In this document: positions 28,814 to 37,885 of the stretch, in pieces
Position numbering within the stretch: position 1 is the first letter of the stretch
How the letters are laid out: each line of letters opens with the position of its first letter
Source: Candidatus Multivorans sp.
GTDB taxonomy: Bacteria; Acidobacteriota; Thermoanaerobaculia; Multivoradales; Multivoraceae
Assembly (NCBI GenBank): GCA_965247095.1
Contig: OZ251997.1
Location: 4,352,001-4,416,000 of the forward strand
Direction of reading: 5' to 3'
DNA length: 64,000 nucleotides
Notes under the pieces: generated by a model
What the model was told of the DNA's origin: nothing
What the model saw: only the letters and a program-made list of their open reading frames with translations
Databases searched by the model: none
Program-made: the position numbers and the translations under genes

Positions 28814-29236
28814 GAGCCGCTGCAGGCGAACTGGGATGTCGGCGTAGCGTGGGATCGTGGACATCCTGGTCAATCTACTGTACGGTTCACACACTCAACA
28901 GGTTGATCTGGCGTTTGCACTCGTCACGGTCAGGTTCGGCTGGCGGTCGTCCGTTGGTCACATCTGCCCCACTTCTGGGTGTTCACCGTCGGATCGTTCA
29001 TGTCGCCACCCGGCAGATGACAGTCAGATGACGAGTCACGGCGGGGCCACGGGAAGCCCAAAGCCAAGGGCAGCGTGAGGAGTATCTTCAGAATAGTGGA
29101 TATGGAGCAGTTTCTTGGATTCCCCCGCAAGCGTCATCGCGCCGTTTTGGCGTCGCGTGCGCTCGGGGCATCCAGATCGTCTCGCATCGATGCGGGTTTG
29201 CGCCCACCGCCGGCATTGGCCGGCTCGAAGCCGTTT

Positions 29237-29251
29237 TGGCACATGCCTTGC
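29237..29251 (+). promoter_or_regulatory. Sigma54 (RpoN) -24/-12 promoter upstream of the TonB-dependent receptor
   Basis: TGGCACATGCCTTGC matches the TGGCAC-N5-TTGC consensus with exact GG-N10-GC spacing. It lies 135 bp upstream of the ATG in a long intergenic region. Confidence 0.78.
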
Positions 29252-29386
29252 GGTGGAGAGACAGGTAGGCATAGGCAGTTGTTGGGGAGCCCCAGAGGCT
29301 CCTTGATACCAGCGGAGGTCGTCAGACTGCGGTGTGAGCCGCACCCGGACCTCTCGCACAATCACCCCGGAGGGAGAATCGAAGGT

Positions 29387-32260
29387 ATGAGCAGACGCCT
29401 CGTTTTGACGCTAAGCGTCGTCGTTAGTCTGCTCGTCGGAGGCTTGGCTTGGGGCCAATCGCCGACGGGCAACCTCTTTGGCACGGTGACGGATGAATCC
29501 GGCGCCGCACTGCCAGGCGTGAAGATCACCGTTAGCGGGATCGGCGCGGTTCGCGAACAGTTCACCGATGGCCAAGGCGCCTTCCGCTTCCTCGCCCTCG
29601 ATCCGGGCGCCTACAACGTGGCGGCGGAGCTCGATGGCTTCGGTGGCCTCGAGTTTCCAGATGTCGTAGTCGGCCTTGGCCGCAACACCAGCCTTCCCCT
29701 GGTTCTGGGCGCGGCGCTCGAGGAGACGATCACCGTCACCTCGGAGAGTCCCCTGCTCGACGAGCGCAAACTCTCGACGGGCACCAACGTCAGCCAGGTC
29801 GAGTTGGAGAAGATACCGACCGCCCGCGACCCTTGGGCCCTGCTCTCGCAGACGCCGGGCGTGCTCGTCGACCGGGTGAATGTCGGCGGTTCCGAGTCGG
29901 GACAGCAGTCCGTGTTCCGCGCTCCGGGAGTCAGTGGCAACCAGAACGACTTCCAGTTGGACGGCACGTCGATCACCGACATGGCGGCCACCGGCGCCTC
30001 GCCGACCTACTACGACTTCGACCAGTTCACCGAGATGTCGTTCACAACCGGCGGCTCGGATGTGACCAAGAACAGCGCCGGTGTCCAGGTGAACCTGGTG
30101 ACCAAGCGGGGCAGCAACGAGTTCCGCGGTTCGACCCGGTTCTACAACACCCAGGCCAACGGCTACTTCGGCGGCGCGCTGAAGCAGGCGCAGCCGAACA
30201 TCGAAGGCGAGTTGTACAAGTCCAACTTCCAGACCTCCATCGCCGGCGCCCAGATCCGCAAGATCGAGGACATCGGCTTTGAGGCCGGCGGCGCGGCGGT
30301 CCAGGACCGTCTCTTCTTCTGGGGAAGCTGGGGCCAGAACGACATCAAGCAGAACAATGCCGCCGGTACAGCCGACGACACGATCCTCGAGAACACGGCG
30401 ATCAAGGTGAACGGCCAACCAGCGGCGGCGAACTCGCTTGTCGCCTCGTTCAACAACGGCGACAAGCTGAAGTTCGGGCGCGGCGGAGGCACCTCGCGGC
30501 CGCCGGCGACGACCTGGAATCAGCGCGGTCCTTCGGCGCAGTACCGGTTGGAGGACACGCATGTGTTCTCGTCGAACTTCTTCCTGACCGGCACGTACTC
30601 CCATGGCGACTTCGGTTTCGCTCTGCTGTCACGCGGCCACTTGGCCAGTGGCAACGGGCTCGACCCGGACGCTCGTGATCCCCGGTATGCGGCTGGTGTC
30701 TGGCAGGACAACTTCCTCTCGGGCGGCAGTGCGCGACCGTTCGACTCCTACCAGGTCGACGCCTCGTACTTCTTCACCACCGGCGCTGCGGTGAACCACG
30801 AACTGAAGGTCGGCGGCCGTTTCCGCGAGTTCGTGCAGAACTCGGACTTTGCCTGGGGCCCGCGCGACGTGTTCCACGCCGATTGGGGTCAGTCGGTGGC
30901 CCACCGCGGTCAGACCGGCATCGCGGTCTCCGAGTACACGTCGATCTGGGCCCAGGACACCATTTCCCTGGGCAAGGTGACGTTGAACGTGGGCCTGCGC
31001 TATGACGACCAGAGTGGTCAGAACGAGGCGTTCAAGCGACCGGCACATCCGGTGGCGATCTATCAGGGACTCTTCCCGGAAAACAACTTCCCCGGTTCTG
31101 CCGCCGGCTTCAACTGGGATTCGGTCGTGCCGAGAGTTGGCGCCACCTATGCTCTCGGTGAGCAGCGGAAGACTCTCATTCGGGCCAGCATCTCGCAGTT
31201 CGCCGATCAACTCGGTTCGGGCTGGGTGACCAGGCGATCACCCTTTGGTGATGTCTACGCCTACTTCGATTCCGTCACCGGGGCGTTCCAGTACGCCAAC
31301 GGCTTTGACCCGACCGACCCGAATCTGGTCGTGGATCGGACCGATACAGGCTTGCAGGCGCCGGTCACGCGGGAGATCCTGGCAGCGATTGAACATGCGT
31401 TCCTGCCGGAGTTCGTTGTCTCGTTCACCGTTACCTCGCGGGAAGTCTCCGACCTCCTCAACGGGTACTTGTTGCTCGACGACGGCAGCACGGTCCGGAT
31501 TCCGAACGGCAGCGACTACTCGCAGCTCGGTACGCTGACCGGCACCTTGCCGCGAACGAACCGCAGCTACAGCGTTCCGTACTACGGTCTCACCACCCCC
31601 GGTCTGAGTTGGACCGGCGGTGACTATGTGACCAACGGTGACCGGGGCCGCGACTACCTCGGTTACTCGCTGAGCTTCACCAAGAGACTTGCCAACAAAT
31701 GGATGGCCCGCGGGTTCTACCAGTTCGGCGACACCACGTGCCGCGTACCGAACTCCTACTACGATCACGCGAGTAGGAATGTTGGCGCCGGCGGCTGTGC
31801 CGACGGTGATCTCTACATGACATCCTCAAGCGGTTCCGGCAAGGGCGCCCGCTACCTGCAGTCGAGCTGGACGTACAGCTTGAACGGCATGTACCAGGTG
31901 ATGCCGGATCGGTCGTGGGGATTCAACGTGTCGGCGAGCCTCACCGGACGTGAGGGTTCTCCCATCGCGTACTATGATCGTCAGAGCTTGCCCCTGACGG
32001 GAAACGCGAACCTCAACATTGTGTCGGACTACGATTCGCTCCGGCTCAATGATATCGAGACGGTCGATCTCCGGATCGAGAAGGAGATCGCCCTGAACGG
32101 TCCGGTCAACATGACGTTCGGCATCGATGCCTTCAACATCACCAACGAGGGCACGGGCCTGTCGTACCTGCTTCGCGCGGATGCGACCAACGGCGGCAAC
32201 CTGGACGACAACATCTCACCGCGCATCTTCCGCTTGGGTGTGCGCCTGAGCTGGAAGTAG
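29387..32260 (+). CDS. TonB-dependent receptor (Oar-like) with N-terminal carboxypeptidase-regulatory-like domain
   Basis: Signal peptide, G-L-GTVTDESGAALPGV, EETITVT, plug motif ARDPW-LL--TPGV and VNLVTKRGSNEFRG, barrel WAQDT---GKVTLNVGLRYD, C-terminal PRIFRLGVRLSWK. True start ATG 29387. Confidence 0.92.
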   Translation: MSRRLVLTLSVVVSLLVGGLAWGQSPTGNLFGTVTDESGAALPGVKITVSGIGAVREQFTDGQGAFRFLALDPGAYNVAAELDGFGGLEFPDVVVGLGRNTSLPLVLGAALEETITVTSESPLLDERKLSTGTNVSQVELEKIPTARDPWALLSQTPGVLVDRVNVGGSESGQQSVFRAPGVSGNQNDFQLDGTSITDMAATGASPTYYDFDQFTEMSFTTGGSDVTKNSAGVQVNLVTKRGSNEFRGSTRFYNTQANGYFGGALKQAQPNIEGELYKSNFQTSIAGAQIRKIEDIGFEAGGAAVQDRLFFWGSWGQNDIKQNNAAGTADDTILENTAIKVNGQPAAANSLVASFNNGDKLKFGRGGGTSRPPATTWNQRGPSAQYRLEDTHVFSSNFFLTGTYSHGDFGFALLSRGHLASGNGLDPDARDPRYAAGVWQDNFLSGGSARPFDSYQVDASYFFTTGAAVNHELKVGGRFREFVQNSDFAWGPRDVFHADWGQSVAHRGQTGIAVSEYTSIWAQDTISLGKVTLNVGLRYDDQSGQNEAFKRPAHPVAIYQGLFPENNFPGSAAGFNWDSVVPRVGATYALGEQRKTLIRASISQFADQLGSGWVTRRSPFGDVYAYFDSVTGAFQYANGFDPTDPNLVVDRTDTGLQAPVTREILAAIEHAFLPEFVVSFTVTSREVSDLLNGYLLLDDGSTVRIPNGSDYSQLGTLTGTLPRTNRSYSVPYYGLTTPGLSWTGGDYVTNGDRGRDYLGYSLSFTKRLANKWMARGFYQFGDTTCRVPNSYYDHASRNVGAGGCADGDLYMTSSSGSGKGARYLQSSWTYSLNGMYQVMPDRSWGFNVSASLTGREGSPIAYYDRQSLPLTGNANLNIVSDYDSLRLNDIETVDLRIEKEIALNGPVNMTFGIDAFNITNEGTGLSYLLRADATNGGNLDDNISPRIFRLGVRLSWK

Positions 32261-32313
32261 TCCGGGAGCAGGAGGCGCATGGCATGAGTTACGCCGTGAG
32301 CTGAAGAAACGAG

Positions 32314-32346
32314 AAGGGCCGGGGATTTCCCCGGCCCTTTTTGTTT
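32314..32346 (+). terminator. Rho-independent terminator after the TonB receptor
   Basis: AAGGGCCGGGG-ATTT-CCCCGGCCCTT followed by TTTGTTT. Confidence 0.88.
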
Positions 32347-32446
32347 GTGGCCGGTGGATTCCAACGGACTCCAGCCTCTCAGGCCCCGTTGCGGTAGTAG
32401 CATGGACGGGCAGATCGGCGGTCTCCGAACCAAGGGTGGAGGACTC

Positions 32447-33415
32447 ATGAGCTATCGAACCCGTGTCGCCGGCGCGCTCGTCGCCGGCATTCTCCTGGCG
32501 GCGGCGGTCTCGGCCCAGGCCTGGGCGGGACGGGGGCGCCTTAGCGGCACCGTTCAGGATCCTGACGGTGCGCCCGTTGCAGGGGCGAGCGTCAAGTTGA
32601 CCCTGGACGGCGCCGGTCCGGAAGAGTTCTTGACCAACCAGAAGGGGCGCTGGGCACGGGCCGGGCTGGCCGGCGGCGGTTGGAAGGTGTTCGTGGCGAA
32701 GCCGGGTTTCATACCCACCGAGCACACGACGCGTGTCAACGAGTACGCGACTGCCTCGGACCGCGTCTTTCTGAAGACGGTCTTGGAGCCGGGCGAGGCA
32801 TCGACCGGCGAGTCGGCGGCACTGGACGACAGCGAGGCAGCTCAGGCGGCGCGCGAACTGCTGGAACGCGGCAATGCGCTGATCGGTGAGCAGGACTTCG
32901 AGGGCGCGATTCAGGCCTTCACCGAGGCGTTGCCGGCTCTGTCGGACGGCGCGAAGGCGGCGGTGCTGGTCACGATCGCTCAGAACCAGGCGCGTCTGGA
33001 GCGCCACGACGAGGCATTGGCGAGTTTGGAGCAGGCACTCGGCTACGCGCCCACGAACGTGGATGCGCTGCGCCTGATGAGCCGGCGGCTGACGGCGCTG
33101 GGCCGCTCCGAGGAGGCGCAGGCGTACATCGAGCGAATGCCGGAGGATCAGCGCGCAGACCCCGAGATTCTGCTGCGCGAGGGGGTCGAGCTCTACAACC
33201 AGGACGACTTCGAGGGCGCCCGCGCCAAGTTCGACGCCGCGATCGAGGCGTCGCCCGAGTGGGGAGATGCGTACTACTACCGCGGCTTGGCGAACATGGC
33301 GTCGGGCCGGAATGCGGCCGCGGCCGCCGACTTCCGCCGACTCATCGAGCTGGCGCCTGACGATCCGAAGGCCGAGGAGGCGAAGCAGTTCGCGGAGTAC
33401 CTGGAATCGCTCTGA
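32447..33415 (+). CDS. Carboxypeptidase-regulatory-like domain + TPR protein, secreted
   Basis: GGAGG RBS then ATG 32447. Signal peptide, GRLSGTVQDPDGAPVAGASV, then TPRs (AYYYRGLA...LAPDDP-A). Confidence 0.85.
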   Translation: MSYRTRVAGALVAGILLAAAVSAQAWAGRGRLSGTVQDPDGAPVAGASVKLTLDGAGPEEFLTNQKGRWARAGLAGGGWKVFVAKPGFIPTEHTTRVNEYATASDRVFLKTVLEPGEASTGESAALDDSEAAQAARELLERGNALIGEQDFEGAIQAFTEALPALSDGAKAAVLVTIAQNQARLERHDEALASLEQALGYAPTNVDALRLMSRRLTALGRSEEAQAYIERMPEDQRADPEILLREGVELYNQDDFEGARAKFDAAIEASPEWGDAYYYRGLANMASGRNAAAAADFRRLIELAPDDPKAEEAKQFAEYLESL

Positions 33416-33450
33416 GCGAGCGGTCCCGGCAGGCAGCGGCCGCCCTCCTG

Positions 33451-35604
33451 TTGACGGTTCCGGCCTTGGTGGCCTGCCAGCCGGGGCAGGGCCACGAAGA
33501 GTCGGCGGTCGTTGGGGAGGCTACTCGCTGGCCTGAGGCGCCCGTTCCCGGTTTCGCGAGCGATGTCGTCCTGGTGACGATCGACACCCTCCGTGCGGAC
33601 GCGCTTGGTTTCGCGGGCAACGCGGCAGCGGAGACCCCTCACCTGGACGGTCTGGCAGCGAGCGGCTGGGTCTTCGACAGGGCGCATGCGCACAGCGTGA
33701 TGACGCTGCCTTCGCACGCGAACCTGCTGACGGGCCAACTGCCGTATGAGCACGGAGTGCGTGACAACGCCGGCTTCGTGCTGCCGGAGTCCGTGCCGAC
33801 CGCTGCCGAGGCGTTTGCCGGCGCCGGATTCCGGACGGCCGCATTCGTCGCCGCGTTCCCGCTCGACGCCCGCTACGGGCTGGACCGGGGCTTCGAGGTC
33901 TACGACGATGCCTATCCGGAGGGTTCGGCGCGGGCCTTTGCCGTCGCGGAGCGGAGCGGCGAGGAAGTAGTGGCGGCGGCAGCTTCCTGGTGGGAGCGGC
34001 ATGAGGGTGAACCCAGGTTCCTTTGGGTCCATCTGTACGAGCCCCACGTCCCGTACGAGCCGCCTGCGCCGTTCTCGGCCCGCTTCGCCGAAGAGCCCTA
34101 CCTGGGCGAAGTCGCGGCGGCCGACGACTACGTGGGCCGGTTGGTGCAGGCGGTGGCGCCCCGCGAAGGGCGCCCGGACGTGCTCGTGATCGTCACCTCG
34201 GATCACGGCGAGGGCCTGGGAGATCACGGTGAAGAGACGCACGGCCTCTTCGCGTACGAGGCAACGCTTGCCGTGCCCCTCGTCTTGTGGGCCGAAGCGC
34301 TGACCGCCGCCCGGATCGATACGCCCGTGCGCCACGTCGACGTGTTGCCGACGATGCTGGAAGCGGCAGGGATCGAAGCCTCCGCGATCCCCGACATGGC
34401 GGGCCGCAGTCTCTGGAGGGCGCTTGGCGACGGCGGTGGACCGGATGGACGCGACGCGACCTACTTCGAGGCGCTGCGCTCCAACCTTCAGCGTGGTTGG
34501 GCGCCTCTGCGCGGCGTGATTGTCGAGCGCAAGGCCGGGACCGGCGGAGAGGGCGGCGTCCGCATACTCAAGTACATCTCGCTGCCGCGCCCCGAACTCT
34601 ACGATCTCGCTGCCGACCCGGCGGAGGTCAGAAACCTCCATGCCGCGGAGGCATCGGCCGCGGCCGAGTTCGCGGCTCTGTTGCCGGTCGAATCCGAGTG
34701 GCCGCCGCTGGCTGGCACGGTCAGCGAGGACGAGCGGCGGGCGCTCCAGAGTCTTGGTTACCTGAGTTCCTCGGGCGGCAGCCTCCTGCCGGAGTCATAC
34801 GGTGAGCAGGACGACCCCAAGAACCTCGTGGACCTCGATCGGTTGATCCAGCACTATTCGGAGGCGTACCAGGATGGCCGCCTGGAGCAGGCCGAGGACC
34901 TCGCGCGGCGGACGATCCAGCGCCGACCGCAGATGGGCCTCGGATACTCCAACTTGGCCCAGGTCCTGCTCGACCAGGGGCGGATCGAGGAAGCGCTGCG
35001 CCTGATGGTCGACGCCGAGCGACGGGGCCTGGCGTCCCCTTTCCTGCAACGGCAGTTGGCGTTGACTCTGGCCCAGGTGGGGCAAGCGCAGGGCGCGGTG
35101 CGCTTGATGGAGCGGCATGCCGGATCGAGAGATCCGGACGCGCTGAACGTCCTTGGCCTGGTGCTTGCCGAGTCGGGTGAGACCGATCGTGCCAGGGACA
35201 TCCTGCTGCGGTCCATTGAGCTTGACGAGAGGAACCCGAGAGCGCGGCAGAACCTGGCTCTTGCGGCTCTCCACGCCGGAGACTGGCCGCTTTGCGAGCG
35301 TGAAGCGCGCGAAGCGCTTGCACTCAACCCTGCGTTGCCGCTGGCCTGGAACTACTTGGGGATCGCACTGTTCAACCAGCGACGGGCGGACGAGGCGATC
35401 GAGGCCTGGCGGCAGGCGGTGGCGCTCGATCCGCGTGACCTCGGCGTGTTGTTCAACCTGGGGAGCGTGGCTGCGCGAGCCGGACGCCGGGAGGTTGCCG
35501 GGCCGGCGCTGGAGCGGTTTGTGCGCGAGGCGTCCGCGCCGGCTCTCGGCGGGCGCCATGCAGCGGATCTTGCGGTGGCGCGGTCGTTGCTGCGAGGCCT
35601 GTAG
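33451..35604 (+). CDS. Second sulfatase-like hydrolase/transferase with C-terminal TPRs, lipoprotein
   Basis: VVLVTIDTLRAD, TLPSHANLLTG, HGVRDN, HLYEPH-PY, SDHGE, LQSLGYL, DPK and TPRs. Lipobox LVAC. The start may be CTG 33412, overlapping the upstream stop. Confidence 0.88.
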   Translation: MTVPALVACQPGQGHEESAVVGEATRWPEAPVPGFASDVVLVTIDTLRADALGFAGNAAAETPHLDGLAASGWVFDRAHAHSVMTLPSHANLLTGQLPYEHGVRDNAGFVLPESVPTAAEAFAGAGFRTAAFVAAFPLDARYGLDRGFEVYDDAYPEGSARAFAVAERSGEEVVAAAASWWERHEGEPRFLWVHLYEPHVPYEPPAPFSARFAEEPYLGEVAAADDYVGRLVQAVAPREGRPDVLVIVTSDHGEGLGDHGEETHGLFAYEATLAVPLVLWAEALTAARIDTPVRHVDVLPTMLEAAGIEASAIPDMAGRSLWRALGDGGGPDGRDATYFEALRSNLQRGWAPLRGVIVERKAGTGGEGGVRILKYISLPRPELYDLAADPAEVRNLHAAEASAAAEFAALLPVESEWPPLAGTVSEDERRALQSLGYLSSSGGSLLPESYGEQDDPKNLVDLDRLIQHYSEAYQDGRLEQAEDLARRTIQRRPQMGLGYSNLAQVLLDQGRIEEALRLMVDAERRGLASPFLQRQLALTLAQVGQAQGAVRLMERHAGSRDPDALNVLGLVLAESGETDRARDILLRSIELDERNPRARQNLALAALHAGDWPLCEREAREALALNPALPLAWNYLGIALFNQRRADEAIEAWRQAVALDPRDLGVLFNLGSVAARAGRREVAGPALERFVREASAPALGGRHAADLAVARSLLRGL

Positions 35605-35611
35605 CAGCTAG

Positions 35612-37876
35612 TCAGCCGTCCTCCGGGGGCTCTGCCGCTTCCAGTCCACCCTCGCGGGCGTCCTCCTGGTCGTTGCGGTAGAGCTGTTGGTAGCGCTCCA
35701 TCTCGGCTGCCGCCTCTTCGTCCCGGCCGAGGCGTCTCAGTACCTGCGCCAGCCCGTAGGCGGCCTCGCTGTGCTCGGGCGCCAGGCCAACCGCTCGGCG
35801 GTAAACGGCTTCAGCCCGCGTGAGGCGGTCTCGTCCTTCGGAGGCTGTTGCCTCGCCGGCGGCGCCGCCCCAGGCGCGGCCCAGTTCGGTCAGCAGGGCT
35901 GCGTCCGGCTCGGTCAGCGTCGCCGCGAGCTCCAGGGACTCAGCCGCCTCCAGGTGTGCGCCGCGCCAGAGGAGCAGACCGCCGAGCAGCCGGTGCGCTG
36001 CCGCGGACGAGGGCAGGAGAGCAGCCGCCTCGCGGGCCTGTAGCTCGGCTTCTGCCGGCTTGTTGTTCTCCCAGAGCGTGGACGCGAGGTCGAGGCGCAG
36101 GGAGGCGTCAAGGGGATCATGAGAAACGGCGCGGAGGAGCGGCTCTTCCGCCGCCTGGAAGTTGCGGCTGCGCATCTGCTCGCGCCCGATCCGCGCCCAG
36201 GCGCGTTCCTCGTTCGCCTCAGCCTCCTCCGCGTTCGGAGCGCCGCCGATTCGTTCGAGATGGCCTCGCGCCGGCGCGTCGTCGGGCCGGACCTCGAGCA
36301 ACCTTTCGAGGAGTCCACGTGCTTCCTCGTTGCGGTCGATGCTCATCAGCAGGACGGCGTAGTCGGCCAGCACCGCGGGATGGCCGGGTTGATCTTCGAG
36401 GGCTTGACGGAACATCTCCTCGGCCTCGACCAGACGCTCGAGTGACATCAGCACGGCCCCCCGCTGGTAGAGACCGTCGGCACGCCCCGGCGCCGCGACG
36501 AGCGCCTGGTCGGCGGCGGTCAGCGCCTCTTCGCCGCGGCCGGCGCCCAGCAGAATGGAGGATGCGGCATAGGCGGGCCGGGGGTCGGTCGGCGCCAACT
36601 GCGCCTCCCGGGCGAGGATGCCGAGCGCCGCCTCGACATCGCCGGCGGTGGCCAGTTCCAGGGCCTCCCGCACCTCGCGGCCGGTCGGGTCGGCGATGTC
36701 GCGCCGCATCCGGTTGACCGAGGCGACCTCGTTGCCTGCTGCCCGCGACAGCGTCTGGAATCGCTCCAGGACCTCCCTTGCCTCCTCGCGCTCGTCGCTG
36801 GCGGCAAGCGCCTGTCCGAGCGCCTGGTAGGCGTCCGGAGTGTCCGGCTCGAGTTCGGTGGCCAGACGCAGGAACGGCACCGCACGCTCGGCCTCGCCGG
36901 CCGAATGGAGGAAGCGACCGTACTCGAGCACGACGTCCCGGGCCACGGGAGGCGGATTCTCCGGCGGCGGGCTGTTGGGCAGCGGCTCGGCGAACGGCGC
37001 CAGCGTCTTGATCGCTTCCTGCAGGCGGCCTGCCTGAAAGTAGGCGCTCGCGAGCAGGACCGCATCCTCGGGGCCGCTGGTCGGGGCGGCCTCGATTTGG
37101 CCGAGAGCGGCATCTGCGTCGCCGACCACCAGGTAGGCGCGGGCGAGAGTGCGCCGGATGGCGCCGTCGATGCCGGGAGGCGGCTCGTCGGCCAGAAGGC
37201 GCAGTTCGTTGATCGCGCCCCGGGGGTCCGCTTGTTGGAGCAGGACCTGCGCTCGGAGCATCTTGAGGCCGGGATCGTCGCCGCTCAGTCCTTCGAGCAA
37301 CGTCTCGGCTTCGGGCGTTCGCTCGAGGACGATTGCGCCTGCCGCCGCCGCCATCCGGGCTTCGTGGTCCTGCGGGTTGGCCGCGGTCCAGGGTCGCAGG
37401 AACGCGTAGGCCTCGGCCGGTTGTCCGACTCGCCCCAGCAGCATGCCGAGCGAGCGCAGCGCCGGCGAGCGGGGCTGGATCGCCAGGGAGCGCCGATAGT
37501 AGACACCCGCCGCCTGGCGCCGTCCGAGCGCTTCGGCGGCGCGGCCGGCGTTGTAGAGCACGCCCGGATCGGCCGGTTCGGGGGCCGCCAGCGGCGCCAG
37601 GATCTCGATCGCCCTCTCCATGTTGCCCGCCTCGACGTGCAGACTGCCGAGCAGGGCGAACGCCGCGTCCGGTGCGTCGTCCTCGGCGCAGAGCGCCTCC
37701 GCCAAGGCGATGGCGCCGGCCAGATCTCCGGCGCCGGCGCGCTCCAGAACCTCGGCCATGGCGGCAGGGAGTTCCGGGACGGGGGCGATCTGCTGAGCAG
37801 GACGTGGCGCCGCTGTCCCCATCGCGGAGTGTGCCGCCAAAACCACAAAGGTGGCGACAAGGACCGGAGGGTTCAT
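35612..37876 (-). CDS. Tetratricopeptide-repeat protein, secreted
   Basis: Signal peptide and many TPR-like helical repeats (LYNAGRA, AYQALGQAL, LYQRGAVL, AAYGLAQVL). Confidence 0.85.
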   Translation of the reverse strand: MNPPVLVATFVVLAAHSAMGTAAPRPAQQIAPVPELPAAMAEVLERAGAGDLAGAIALAEALCAEDDAPDAAFALLGSLHVEAGNMERAIEILAPLAAPEPADPGVLYNAGRAAEALGRRQAAGVYYRRSLAIQPRSPALRSLGMLLGRVGQPAEAYAFLRPWTAANPQDHEARMAAAAGAIVLERTPEAETLLEGLSGDDPGLKMLRAQVLLQQADPRGAINELRLLADEPPPGIDGAIRRTLARAYLVVGDADAALGQIEAAPTSGPEDAVLLASAYFQAGRLQEAIKTLAPFAEPLPNSPPPENPPPVARDVVLEYGRFLHSAGEAERAVPFLRLATELEPDTPDAYQALGQALAASDEREEAREVLERFQTLSRAAGNEVASVNRMRRDIADPTGREVREALELATAGDVEAALGILAREAQLAPTDPRPAYAASSILLGAGRGEEALTAADQALVAAPGRADGLYQRGAVLMSLERLVEAEEMFRQALEDQPGHPAVLADYAVLLMSIDRNEEARGLLERLLEVRPDDAPARGHLERIGGAPNAEEAEANEERAWARIGREQMRSRNFQAAEEPLLRAVSHDPLDASLRLDLASTLWENNKPAEAELQAREAAALLPSSAAAHRLLGGLLLWRGAHLEAAESLELAATLTEPDAALLTELGRAWGGAAGEATASEGRDRLTRAEAVYRRAVGLAPEHSEAAYGLAQVLRRLGRDEEAAAEMERYQQLYRNDQEDAREGGLEAAEPPEDG

Positions 37877-37885
37877 GCGGCGATG

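Noticed and set aside
29040-29075. GCCAC-GGGAAG-AGCCA resembling a cobalamin riboswitch B12 box upstream of a TonB receptor
   Set aside because: The other conserved riboswitch elements are not evident, and it lies upstream of the predicted sigma54 start, so outside the transcript. An Rfam scan would settle it.
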